61,815 nucleotides of DNA from Candidatus Falkowbacteria bacterium. GTDB taxonomy: Bacteria; Patescibacteriota; Patescibacteriia; Patescibacteriales; UBA12465. The stretch is from contig JAPLVZ010000008.1 of assembly GCA_026396805.1 (NCBI GenBank), positions 1 to 61,815 on the forward strand, in the 5' to 3' direction. Position numbers and translations under genes: made by a program. This document shows positions 43,604-53,000 of this stretch, one piece after another. Positions within the stretch are counted from its first letter, which is position 1; every line of letters begins with the position of its first letter. A model generated the notes under the pieces. That model was not told the DNA's origin and ran no database searches. It worked only from the letters and a program-made list of their open reading frames with translations.

Positions 43604-44350
43604 TTAAAAATTAATTAAAGCCAGGCACCCCCTGAAGGAAATAGCGGTTTGCTCGATTTTTAAATTAATCGTTTTATTATCTAGAATAGTAAAAGCATTT
43701 CCGGATTGGAAATATAATTTTAGAGGTATGTCTTTTTTTATATCAACTAATACTTTCTTAACATATTTAAGCCCATTGCCTCTATTTTCCGGTGCTCGTC
43801 CGGAAATTTTTTTGGTAAAGGCGGTGAAAAGAGCCTCACTATCGTTTTTCAATTCCGGGCAAACTCTTTTTAGAGTAGTTAAAATACCTTGACCCCGATC
43901 AGCTAAAACGATTTGTCGCTTGTGTAAATCATAAGCAAAAAATATACCTCTAATATCCGGCCAGGAACCAAGATTATGATCAAAGGAATTATTGCCGATT
44001 TCTCCGACAATCGAGCTGATTAGAGAAAAATCTTTTTCTAATTCCGGAATTTTTTGCATTAAATTTTCCAAATGGCTAAGTCTGGCCTGAAAAGTATAAC
44101 TGTCTATACAAAAAAATTGGCCGTCCGGCTCAATCGCTATAGATTTTAAAATCCAATTTTCGGCTAAAGAAAAAATATTATTAGCTATTAATTGAATATC
44201 GAAAAATTTATAATAACGGTAACCAGCGGGACTAATTCGGATAGCTTTAAGTTTACCGGACTGATCCCAACGTCTTAATGTTTGCATGGAAACATTAAGC
44301 ATTTTTGCCGCCTCGTTGATTTTTATTAGTTTATTATTATCATTCAGCAT
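43604..44350 (-). CDS. MerR-type HTH fused to a GHKL (HATPase_c-like, anti-sigma/RsbW-like) ATPase
   Basis: HTH KINEAAKMLNVSMQTLRRWDQSGKL. ATPase N-box EIGNNSFDH, G1 DRGQGI, G2 GRAPENRGNGLKY. No His-phosphotransfer domain. The track ORF starts at 44380. I prefer the ATG at 44350 (MLNDNN). Confidence 0.65.
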   Translation of the reverse strand: MLNDNNKLIKINEAAKMLNVSMQTLRRWDQSGKLKAIRISPAGYRYYKFFDIQLIANNIFSLAENWILKSIAIEPDGQFFCIDSYTFQARLSHLENLMQKIPELEKDFSLISSIVGEIGNNSFDHNLGSWPDIRGIFFAYDLHKRQIVLADRGQGILTTLKRVCPELKNDSEALFTAFTKKISGRAPENRGNGLKYVKKVLVDIKKDIPLKLYFQSGNAFTILDNKTINLKIEQTAISFRGCLALINF

Positions 44351-44408
44351 AATATATACAAATATTATAAAATTATACAAACCTATACATTTTTATATCA
44401 ATATATAC

Positions 44409-44436
44409 ATTATAATACAAAGATAAAAAATGTCAA
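44409..44436 (-). promoter_or_regulatory. Sigma70-type promoter for the MerR-GHKL/STAS operon
   Basis: On the minus strand, TTGACA (44436-44431), a 16-nt spacer, then TATAAT (44414-44409). TATACA repeats lie immediately downstream. Confidence 0.5.
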
Positions 44437-44577
44437 TAAGCCAATCTTAGAAACAAAAAGAGACAATGAAAATGAATAAAATAAAGAGATAGGCGAAACA
44501 TCCCAAAAGAACAAAAAGGGTATTTATTATAGCAAATATTAAGAATAATGTCAATTATTCTATCATAAGTCAAAAGA

Positions 44578-44606
44578 TTGACAGATTTTATTTCATAGAG
44601 TATACT
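44578..44606 (+). promoter_or_regulatory. Sigma70-type promoter for the XRE-Panacea/MazF operon
   Basis: TTGACA (44578-44583), a 17-nt spacer, then TATACT (44601-44606). The ATG is at 44636. Confidence 0.55.
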
Positions 44607-44635
44607 ATAAATAGTTAATATTTTATATCAATTTT

Positions 44636-45451
44636 ATGATTAACAAACAATCTTTGGGCAATAAAATCAAGGCTTTAAGAGAGTTTGATGACATGAGCCA
44701 GGAAGATTTGGCTCAAAAAATCGGCTTATCAAGAGTCGCTATATCACAAATCGAACAAGGCAATAGAAGCGTTGATTTTTTAGAGCTGGCCAAAATAGCC
44801 GAAGTTTTTAAATTGAAAACTGATTATTTTTTAATTGAAGATGAATTGCCAAATATCGAATTAGCTAAGAATCAAAAAAAAGTTAATAATTTTGATCCAA
44901 AAAAATTAAAAAATGTTATTTTATATATTCTAGAAAAATGCGCGGGAAAACCGAACGTCGGAGAAACAGTCTTGTATAAATTATTATATTTTATTGATTT
45001 TGATAATTTTGAAATTAACAACCAATCAATCTCGGGGTTAGATTACATTCATTTACAATACGGCCCAGCGCCAGCAGCCCTACAATATTCGCCGGTTATA
45101 GAAGCGATGAAGGCCAACCAAGAACTTAAAATTATTATTCAAGATTATTTCGGTTTAAAAATAAAACGCTATATTAATTTAATTGGGCATAATATTGACT
45201 CTTTATGCCCCAAAGAAACAAAAGTTATCGATGACGTCATAGGATCTCTTTCTAATATGTCTGCTTCGCAGATAGAAGAATATTCGCATGGCGACGCTCC
45301 CTGGCAATTAACCGGCGATAAGGAAGCCATTCCGTATAACCTTGTTTTTGAACGTCAAACACCTTACGCCAAAAGAAGTCCTGATGATTTAAGATGTTTC
45401 AAAATGACAGGAGCTAAAGACATATTAAATCAATTAGGCTCTATTTTCTAA
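44636..45451 (+). CDS. XRE-family HTH fused to a DUF4065/Panacea (SocA-like) antitoxin domain
   Basis: 271 aa with the HTH MSQEDLAQKIGLSRVAISQIEQGNR, then the block VLYKLLYFIDFDNF...LQYGPAP that I recognise as DUF4065-like. Confidence 0.65.
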   Translation: MINKQSLGNKIKALREFDDMSQEDLAQKIGLSRVAISQIEQGNRSVDFLELAKIAEVFKLKTDYFLIEDELPNIELAKNQKKVNNFDPKKLKNVILYILEKCAGKPNVGETVLYKLLYFIDFDNFEINNQSISGLDYIHLQYGPAPAALQYSPVIEAMKANQELKIIIQDYFGLKIKRYINLIGHNIDSLCPKETKVIDDVIGSLSNMSASQIEEYSHGDAPWQLTGDKEAIPYNLVFERQTPYAKRSPDDLRCFKMTGAKDILNQLGSIF

Positions 45452-45478
45452 AACAGAATACGATCATTACGAAAATCT

Positions 45479-45832
45479 ATGATGACGAAAGGCGAGATTA
45501 GCTTCGGCGATGTTGTTTGGGCTGAATTTGATCCTAGTGTTGGACACAAATATCAAAGTAAAAGACCGGCAATTGTCGTTGAGTCAGATGAACAATTAAA
45601 AAAGACAAATTTGATTACTATAATTCCGCTCACTTCGCAAAAAGATAATCGTATGTCCGATGATATTTTAGTGGAAGCTTGCAAGGAAAATAATCTAATG
45701 TCTGATTCGCTAGCTAAAGTGTATTGTATAACGTCCTTTGATTACGCAAGATTTGAGAAAGTAGTCGGGAGAGTAAATAAAGAAATTTTGTTAAAAATTA
45801 AGAATTATTTTAAAAAACATTTTGATATATAA
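45479..45832 (+). CDS. PemK/MazF-family toxin (putative endoribonuclease)
   Basis: 117 aa with GDVVWAEFDPSVGHKYQSKRPAIVV and IIPLTS blocks. Confidence 0.8.
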   Translation: MMTKGEISFGDVVWAEFDPSVGHKYQSKRPAIVVESDEQLKKTNLITIIPLTSQKDNRMSDDILVEACKENNLMSDSLAKVYCITSFDYARFEKVVGRVNKEILLKIKNYFKKHFDI

Positions 45833-45863
45833 TTATTTTTGAAAAGTTAATAATATTAGTTTT

Positions 45864-47720
45864 ATGAAACTCATTAAAGAAGAAAAAATTTCCAAAAAAA
45901 TAACCAAACAATATTCTTACGATTTTATGCTTGCCGAAGATGGTTTGTATCTAATAGAAATAATCGCGAGCGCTAAAAGCTGGTGGCAGAATTTTAAAAC
46001 GAGCCGCTCTTTTTTTAAAGATGATGACATATTTTTATATTTGGATAATCAAGAATTAACCACTTCACAATACACAAAAAAGGATGCGCGGTCGGCTTGG
46101 AACGGAAACGAATTGTGTGGTTTAGAAAAAACCGTTATTGTTGCTACTAGTTTAAGTAAAGGAAAACATGCAATTGATTTAAAGCCCGACCAAAGCCCCT
46201 ATCTAAAAAGTATTATTGTTTCTAAGGTAGAAGAAAATGATAAAATAATATATTTTCCGACTGTCAATAATCCAGCTCAAAAAAGCGAGGGACGTCCTTG
46301 GCTAAGTTATATTATTCTGGACTTATTCATCACTAAATTATCTATTTTAGCTTATGCCGATAAGAATGGTCGAGATGATGACGACCTGAAATTATTGATT
46401 AATGGAAAGATACAGATAAATGAGAATACAAAATCTCATCGCGATTGGTATTGGTGCGGTAAAGCGCTAAAGGGGAAAGAAAAAAGTTTTAATCAAGATA
46501 TTAACTTAAAAACTAAACAATTTAACCTTGATTTATATTCCGATGAAACTCCGCGTCTGTCGAAAATAGAAATAGGGATAAAGCCAGCCGAAACAAAAAG
46601 AATCCCCACCGTCGACGATCCGCTTTGGACTGGAGATTTTAAGGATGATGCCGACGAAATGATATTGGCTCGGGCGGTATTCGGTGAAGGGAGGAGCCTC
46701 CCGGACGAAGGAAAAGTTGCAATCGCCTGGTCAATAAGAAATCGTGTCGAAGATGATAGATGGGCCGATAATTATCATGATGTAATTTTGCAAAAAAATC
46801 AGTTCAGCGCTTTTAAAATTGATGATCCAAATTGGGAATATGTAAAGAACCCTTTTTATGAGATTAATCCAGAACAATTAACAGCCTGGGGAAAGTGCTA
46901 CAAAATTGCCGGCTTAGTTATATCAGGAGAAATAAAAGACCCAACGGGCGGTGTAAACCATTATTTTTCTGATTATATTGATTATCCAAGTTGGACTAAA
47001 AGCAAGAACGCTAAATTTATAATGAAAATAGGCAATACTTTATTTTATAATTTAAAAAAAGAAAGTAATGGCGGTTTTATTAGAATAAAATATTTGTTAC
47101 TTGCCTTACTTATTATTTTGATTGGCCTCGGCGTGTATTTGGCAATTTTGTGGCAATTTGGAGGCCGAGAAACAGAACAAATTTGTGAGGCAAAAGAAGG
47201 AAGATCAATAGAAGACGTCAATGGTTCCATTGAAGAGACTGCTGGCGGATTGTACGGATATTATCATCATGTTTATATAAATCCCAAAAAATCGGAAGTA
47301 GAGAGAATTTTTTTTGATCAGGAGGGGCGGTTCTCTGAACTTAAACGTTTGACTAATGACGGTCACTATAAATATGACCTAAAATTATTTTCGTCTGATA
47401 GTTTTCGTTTTGGATACTTTCAGGATTTACATAAGGGCGATGAAGATTTCGATGAAAATAACGATAAACAAAGAGAGGAATATTATAAAAATTACACGTC
47501 TTTAATAATAAGTCCGGGATATGGCTCAACGCCTATTGAAGTTTATCGGGGCAATGATCATACCTCTTCATGGGAATGGGAAGATATTAATCATGTAAAA
47601 GTATATAATAATTGCGGAACCTGTTGCCGCTATTACTATTTAATAAATATTAATACTCAGAAAATTGAAGAAGAAGGGCATCTTGAGGTGGAAGAAACCG
47701 CTTGTATGCAAATTCGCTAA
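45864..47720 (+). CDS. Multidomain protein with a SleB/CwlJ-like cell wall hydrolase domain, one TM helix and a C-terminal domain
   Basis: 618 aa. It has two related N-terminal modules, then the hydrolase_2-like block ILARAVFGEGRSLPDEGKVAIAWSIRNRV...QKNQFSAF. A TM helix (YLLLALLIILIGLGVYLAILW) and a tail of about 190 aa ending in a CGTCC motif follow. Confidence 0.6.
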   Translation: MKLIKEEKISKKITKQYSYDFMLAEDGLYLIEIIASAKSWWQNFKTSRSFFKDDDIFLYLDNQELTTSQYTKKDARSAWNGNELCGLEKTVIVATSLSKGKHAIDLKPDQSPYLKSIIVSKVEENDKIIYFPTVNNPAQKSEGRPWLSYIILDLFITKLSILAYADKNGRDDDDLKLLINGKIQINENTKSHRDWYWCGKALKGKEKSFNQDINLKTKQFNLDLYSDETPRLSKIEIGIKPAETKRIPTVDDPLWTGDFKDDADEMILARAVFGEGRSLPDEGKVAIAWSIRNRVEDDRWADNYHDVILQKNQFSAFKIDDPNWEYVKNPFYEINPEQLTAWGKCYKIAGLVISGEIKDPTGGVNHYFSDYIDYPSWTKSKNAKFIMKIGNTLFYNLKKESNGGFIRIKYLLLALLIILIGLGVYLAILWQFGGRETEQICEAKEGRSIEDVNGSIEETAGGLYGYYHHVYINPKKSEVERIFFDQEGRFSELKRLTNDGHYKYDLKLFSSDSFRFGYFQDLHKGDEDFDENNDKQREEYYKNYTSLIISPGYGSTPIEVYRGNDHTSSWEWEDINHVKVYNNCGTCCRYYYLININTQKIEEEGHLEVEETACMQIR

Positions 47721-47722
47721 CT

Positions 47723-47750
47723 AAAAACTCTAACATTTGTTAGAGTTTTT
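47723..47750 (+). terminator. Intrinsic terminator
   Basis: An 11-bp stem AAAACTCTAAC/GTTAGAGTTTT with loop ATTT, followed by a T-rich tail. Confidence 0.75.
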
Positions 47751-47876
47751 AGTTTAATAGAGTTTAGGCTAATAATATTAACGGAATAGGAATTAGTGTT
47801 TTTTGTCAGAGAATATTTTTAATTTAAATTTATTTCTAATCTATCCGCTCCATCCGTTAATTGCGAATCCCAAACA

Positions 47877-47907
47877 AAAAAACTCCTAGCATTCGTTAGA
47901 AGTTTTA
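47877..47907 (-). terminator. Terminator after tRNA-Ala
   Basis: On the minus strand, AACTTCTAA-CGAAT-GCTAGGAGTT followed by T7. Confidence 0.55.
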
Positions 47908-47915
47908 TTTGTTTG

Positions 47916-47989
47916 TGGACCCTATCGGATTCGAACCGATGACCCCCTGCTTGCAAAGCAGGTGCTCTAGCCAGCTGAGCTAAGGGCCC
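47916..47989 (-). tRNA. tRNA-Ala (anticodon TGC), no CCA
   Basis: Cloverleaf with GGGCCCT/AGGGTCC acceptor, including the G3-U70 Ala identity pair, and anticodon loop TTTGCAA. Confidence 0.92.
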
Positions 47990-48108
47990 AACATTGTTTT
48001 CCGATTTTCTTTTTCGCGATTGATAGAAGATTAGCAATTAATATTTTAGCGGTCAAGTAATTTTTTTTTCTGTAATTTATTTTTTCATCATTAGCTTTTC
48101 CGCCGGTG

Positions 48109-48366
48109 TTATTGTCCGGTTCCGCTATATTTTAAAAGCGGACCCAAAATCCATTGGCCGAATTCAACGCCGCTGCCGGTCATGATAATAATGCCGATTA
48201 TCAAGCAGACAATGCCAACCAGTTTATAACCTAAGCGTGATCCGCCTTCTGAACCAAGCTTGTCTTCAAACCAGGCGATACGCCCGAAATTATTCAGGAA
48301 CCATTCGGTCTTTATCACTAGAAAAGCTCCGGCCGCGATGATTAATATTCCTACAAAGATAGACAT
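48109..48366 (-). CDS. Small two-TM membrane protein
   Basis: 85 aa with two hydrophobic helices. Confidence 0.5.
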   Translation of the reverse strand: MSIFVGILIIAAGAFLVIKTEWFLNNFGRIAWFEDKLGSEGGSRLGYKLVGIVCLIIGIIIMTGSGVEFGQWILGPLLKYSGTGQ

Positions 48367-48392
48367 ATGGGGGATGTGTGAATTAATTATAG

Positions 48393-49733
48393 TTATTTGA
48401 TGTAATTAAGCGGGTTGTATTTTTTTCCGTTGATTAGCACCTCAAAATGCAAGTGCGGTCCGGTCGAGCGTCCGGTTGAGCCCATGGCGGCGATATTTTC
48501 TCCTTTCTCAACCTCGTCTCCCACTTTAACAAAAAGTTTGGAGGCGTGTCCATAGCGTGTTTTGTATCCGCCGCCGTGGTTGATGACGATAGTATCGCCG
48601 TAGCCGCCGTTCCAGCCTCCTTGGGCAATCTCCACAACACCGGCTTCGGCCGCGTAAATTGGCGTCCCGGTTTTATTCGCAATATCTACACCGGTATGGC
48701 GCCAAGAGAAATACTGGGTGATGCGATAGCCGATGGTCGGCCAAGCCATTTTGCCGCTTCCGGCCTTTACGGTCGAGGTTTTTATCAAATCGCGAATGAC
48801 CGATAAACCGCTTTGAGTAGTGGCGCCCGCGCCGCTCGTTTGCTCGCTTAGCTTACTGGCTCCAGGTAAGATTATTTTTTGTCCGATTTTAAGGTTACCG
48901 CCGATATTATTGAAGCTCAAAATCTTGTCGGTGTCTATTCCATACCTGGCGGCAATTTTAGAAATGACATCGCCGGATTTAACAGTATATAAGATACCGC
49001 TGGTCGGTAAGATAGTCAGGCTGTCTTCGGGACGAATCAAGCTGAAGGCGCTTAAGTTGTTTGCCCACAGGACAGTATTAATCGTTAGGCCGAAATGGCG
49101 GGCGATAGAGCTGACAGTATCGCCAATTTGGACGGTGTAATAAGTAATTTCACTGCGAGCCGGAGTTATAATATTGCCGCCGGTGATGGAGGCGCCGATA
49201 AAGCGCGGTTTTAATAAGGTATCGCCGGTATCGTTAAAAACTAAAGCCAATTCATCATCCGGATTTTCCATAATGATCAGACTGTCTTGCTTATCTAAAG
49301 CATAAGTATTCTCCGCGTCCCCTTTTTTATTTGTCGCCGCCATATTAGCGGGGATGGCCGTCTCCTCGATTAATTCTTCATCTTGTTGGCGCGAACCTAA
49401 ATCGGCCGGAATTAAGTCGGCCATGACGGTTTTGGATATTTTTATTTCCAGATTGCCGGCCTGGCTCTGATTTATCAGATTAGTAAAAATAAATAGAACC
49501 GTTAAAAAAACAACAAAGAAATAAACTAAATGGTTTTTAATAACTTCGCTGACGGCATTATGAGCCAAATCATTCTTTTTCAGTTTGAAAATTCCGTAAT
49601 AGATTTTGACTAATATTTTATAAAAAATGCTCTTAAAGAGTAAACGAAAAAAGCCGGCGCCAAGCCGGAACAGATTAATCAGGATTTTTCCTGATAAATT
49701 AAGGATTTTTAGGGAAATAAGGCCGATTTCCAC
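48393..49733 (-). CDS. LysM-domain M23 family metallopeptidase
   Basis: 446 aa with a GTG start in the track and an N-terminal TM. It has two LysM-like repeats (YTVQIGDTVSSIARHFG, YTVKSGDVISKIAARYG) and M23 motifs HTGVD and GSTGRSTGPHLHFE. Confidence 0.88.
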   Translation of the reverse strand: MEIGLISLKILNLSGKILINLFRLGAGFFRLLFKSIFYKILVKIYYGIFKLKKNDLAHNAVSEVIKNHLVYFFVVFLTVLFIFTNLINQSQAGNLEIKISKTVMADLIPADLGSRQQDEELIEETAIPANMAATNKKGDAENTYALDKQDSLIIMENPDDELALVFNDTGDTLLKPRFIGASITGGNIITPARSEITYYTVQIGDTVSSIARHFGLTINTVLWANNLSAFSLIRPEDSLTILPTSGILYTVKSGDVISKIAARYGIDTDKILSFNNIGGNLKIGQKIILPGASKLSEQTSGAGATTQSGLSVIRDLIKTSTVKAGSGKMAWPTIGYRITQYFSWRHTGVDIANKTGTPIYAAEAGVVEIAQGGWNGGYGDTIVINHGGGYKTRYGHASKLFVKVGDEVEKGENIAAMGSTGRSTGPHLHFEVLINGKKYNPLNYIK

Positions 49734-49910
49734 CCCGATTTTCTTAAATTGTCGCTTAATTGATTCACTGATATGATTTAGATTAAGCTCCCTTCCATAC
49801 TATCACTTTCCCGCTTTTATCGTCAATTTGCTTGGCAATTTGTTTAATAATAAGCGGGAAGATTTGTGCTATAATGATTTCAGGTTAATATAGAGTTAAG
49901 ATAAAGCTTT

Positions 49911-50654
49911 ATGTATAAATTAGTATTACTCCGCCATGGAGAAAGCGCCTGGAATAAGAAGGGTCTTTTTACCGGTTGGGTTGATGTTGATTTGAGCGCC
50001 CGGGGCATTAAGGAATCGCATATCGCCGGCCAGAAATTAAAAAAGAATAAATTCTTCTTTGATTTGGCTTACACGTCTTTTTTGAAACGGGCGACGCGGA
50101 CTCTAAAAATAACTTTAGCGGAATTAAAAGAAGCCAAGATTCCGATCATCACCGATTGGCGCTTAAATGAAAGACATTATGGCAACCTACAGGGCGTGAG
50201 CAAAGTGAAGATGGCGGAGAAATTCGGTCTGGATCAGGTTTTTCGCTGGCGCCGCGGTTATGACGTCCATCCCCCGAAAATTACCTTAGACAATCCCTAT
50301 GATCAACGGGATGATAAAAAATATCAGGGAATAAAAGTCCCGCGTGAAGAAAGTTTGAAAGATGTCGTGTCTCGAGTAACACCATTTTGGCGTGAAGCCG
50401 TCGTACCGCGGATCAAGTGGGGTGACCGAATTTTAATCGCCGCCTCCGGTAATAGTTTACGAGCCCTGATTAAGTATTTGGATAATGTTTCGGGCAAGGA
50501 AATTACTAAGCTGGACATCCCTTTTGCTATCCCTTTGGTTTATGAGTTGGGTAAGGATTTAAAGCCGCGGCGGAATTATTATCTCGCTTCTAAAAAGGAG
50601 CTTGATGCGGCCATCGCGCGCGTTCGGCGCCTGGCAGAAATTAGGATTGATTAA
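49911..50654 (+). CDS. gpmA: 2,3-bisphosphoglycerate-dependent phosphoglycerate mutase
   Basis: 247 aa with LVLLRHGESAWN and RHYG motifs. Confidence 0.93.
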   Translation: MYKLVLLRHGESAWNKKGLFTGWVDVDLSARGIKESHIAGQKLKKNKFFFDLAYTSFLKRATRTLKITLAELKEAKIPIITDWRLNERHYGNLQGVSKVKMAEKFGLDQVFRWRRGYDVHPPKITLDNPYDQRDDKKYQGIKVPREESLKDVVSRVTPFWREAVVPRIKWGDRILIAASGNSLRALIKYLDNVSGKEITKLDIPFAIPLVYELGKDLKPRRNYYLASKKELDAAIARVRRLAEIRID

Positions 50655-50730
50655 AGCGGCGGACTTTTTAGAATTTAGAACAAAATTATCAAAGAATTTA
50701 AAAATCTCCGGGTGGCCGGAGATTTTTTTC

Positions 50731-51642
50731 TTACCTTACGATTATTGGAAAAGGCTTTTTTTGTCCGTAAGCCCGCGAGCCTATCTGGCAAAAGCGGGAA
50801 ATATCTCGGGTAAAATAAGGCGGCTTGATTTCTTGGATGAGGCCGATGAGGTAGTAACTTAGAGCCATAACCAAACCGATATTGGCGCCAGACGGAAGTT
50901 TTATTTCCAGACGGTGATTCTTGGCGCCAAAATATTTATTGGCGCCGAGGCTAATAACTAATTCTTTATTCCAAGGATGAACGAATTTAGCGTGCCGCGC
51001 TTCGCCATAGGTAAAAGCGCGCAAAGATAAATGCGGTCCGAACAATTCATGTTTTTTTATCTCCAACATCGGCGTCAGGGCGGCGAATTCATCCGGCAGG
51101 ATAAAAGCGTAAGCTTGATAGTCTCGCAGATTTTTCACCAGTTTTAAGCCAGAGATGAATTTTTTAATGTCCGCCGCTTTTTCGCCGCTTACGGCTAGGA
51201 ACATTCCTAAGTACGTAGACGTATTATAGGTGTATGGTTCCGGCAGCTTTCTGAAGACGATAGTTTCGGCGGCGATTTTAGCGGCGCTGGAATCGCCGTT
51301 ACAAGTTAATAAAATCATTTTTAATCCATATTTTTTAGCCAGTTTTGTTTCCCAGACAGAATCTTTTTCTCCGGAAGCGGAAATAATCAGGGCTTGGGCT
51401 ATCTGCTTGCTCTTGATAAGCCCTTGATAATTTTTTAGAGTTTGCTTAAAATTGCTTTCGCTGGCGACAATCGCCGGCCGGCTGCCGAAGATAGCCAGCC
51501 CGGCGTTATAGGCGTTGCCGCTACCGACGACGATAGGAAAATTAAAACGTCTTAAATCCAAGCGCGGTGGCTTGTTTTTCGTAAAAAAGTCCAGAGCGGC
51601 CAGAACAATTTCGTTAAGGCTTGGCAAATTTAAAGTTTTCAT
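50731..51642 (-). CDS. SIS-domain-like protein (possible phosphosugar isomerase)
   Basis: 303 aa with a VVGSGNAYNAG ... ISASGEK pattern reminiscent of SIS folds. The assignment is tentative. Confidence 0.4.
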   Translation of the reverse strand: MKTLNLPSLNEIVLAALDFFTKNKPPRLDLRRFNFPIVVGSGNAYNAGLAIFGSRPAIVASESNFKQTLKNYQGLIKSKQIAQALIISASGEKDSVWETKLAKKYGLKMILLTCNGDSSAAKIAAETIVFRKLPEPYTYNTSTYLGMFLAVSGEKAADIKKFISGLKLVKNLRDYQAYAFILPDEFAALTPMLEIKKHELFGPHLSLRAFTYGEARHAKFVHPWNKELVISLGANKYFGAKNHRLEIKLPSGANIGLVMALSYYLIGLIQEIKPPYFTRDISRFCQIGSRAYGQKKPFPIIVR

Positions 51643-51780
51643 ATTTTTTAGGTTATTTTACTGATATTTTCATTATAATTCATCTTGATTTTTATTTCAA
51701 TTTACGCTAAAGTTTTGTGAGAGGAATATCTGCTTGAGGGCGGAAGATTTGATGTTAAATAATAACCCATTTGTTTTTTT

Positions 51781-52500
51781 ATGTCCGGACATTCTAAGTG
51801 GGCGACCACTCATCGCCAGAAAGAATTAATCGACGCCAAGCGTGGCACGATTTTTACTAAGCTGGCCAATGTAATCACGATTGCCGCGAAAAAGGGCGGC
51901 GACCCCAATGCTAACCCGTCTTTAAGAGCGGCGATTGATCGGGCGCGCGATACCAGTATGCCCAAAGATAATATCGAGCGCGCTCTAAAGAAGGGCACGG
52001 GTGAACTCGGAGGCGAACAGATAGTGGAATTATTCTATGAAGGCATTGTTCCGCCGAATGTCCAGGTAGTCGTTAAATGTTTGACCGATAATAAGAACCG
52101 GAGCGGCTCAACCGTCCGCCATTTGTTTACGAAGAACGGCGGCGCTTTCGACCCGGTCTTATGGAATTTTTCCCAGCTCGGAGTTATCCGTATCGCCAGC
52201 GCCGCCAGCGCCGCGAAAAAGATAAATAATGAAGAATTGGAACTGGAACTCATCGATCTTGGTATTATTGATTTTCAGAAAGAAGATGAGGGGATTACTA
52301 TTTATACGGCCGTGAAAGATTTTCAGGCTGTCCGCGATTTTTTAGGTTTTAAAGGTTTGTCGGTGGAGTCGGCGGAGATTGAATATGTCGCCAAGGAAAA
52401 AATCGGATTGCCAGCCGAGTCCCGGGAAAAGATAGATAAATTTTTTGAAGAGTTAGACAACAATGAAGACGTTAACGACTATTATTCTAATTTACTGTAA
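51781..52500 (+). CDS. YebC/PmpR-family protein
   Basis: 239 aa with N-terminal MSGHSKWATTHRQKELIDAKRG. Confidence 0.92.
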   Translation: MSGHSKWATTHRQKELIDAKRGTIFTKLANVITIAAKKGGDPNANPSLRAAIDRARDTSMPKDNIERALKKGTGELGGEQIVELFYEGIVPPNVQVVVKCLTDNKNRSGSTVRHLFTKNGGAFDPVLWNFSQLGVIRIASAASAAKKINNEELELELIDLGIIDFQKEDEGITIYTAVKDFQAVRDFLGFKGLSVESAEIEYVAKEKIGLPAESREKIDKFFEELDNNEDVNDYYSNLL

Positions 52501-52511
52501 ATTCTCGGCTT

Positions 52512-53000
52512 ATGGCCAAGATTATTTTAGGGATTGATCCGGGAATCGCCGATACCGGTTACGGATTAATCAAAAATGAAGGCGGAAAATTAACTTGCCT
52601 GGCTTATGGTTCCATCAAGACTAAGGCCGGCGGAGATTTGGCCGCCCGCCTCCTGCTTCTTAATTCCGAATTGGATAAGATAATAAAAAAATATCAGCCG
52701 GATTTAGCGGCGGTAGAGCAATTATTTTTCAATAAGAATGTCCGAACCGCTCTAGTTGTCGGTCAAGCTCGCGGGGTCGCGCTCCTAACCCTCAAACAAA
52801 ATAATCTGCCAGTTGTTGATTTTACGCCGGCCCAGGTTAAACAAGCCGTCTCCGCTTACGGCCAAGCTTCCAAAAAACAAGTCCAGAAAATGGTTAAATT
52901 GATTCTTAATTTATCGGTCTTGCCTCAACCCGATGACGCGGCCGACGCGCTCGCCATCGCCATTTGCGCTTTAAATTCGCGTTTATGCCTAAAAAGTTAA
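52512..53000 (+). CDS. ruvC: Holliday junction resolvase RuvC
   Basis: 162 aa with ILGIDPG, VEQLFF and DAADALAIA blocks. Confidence 0.92.
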   Translation: MAKIILGIDPGIADTGYGLIKNEGGKLTCLAYGSIKTKAGGDLAARLLLLNSELDKIIKKYQPDLAAVEQLFFNKNVRTALVVGQARGVALLTLKQNNLPVVDFTPAQVKQAVSAYGQASKKQVQKMVKLILNLSVLPQPDDAADALAIAICALNSRLCLKS

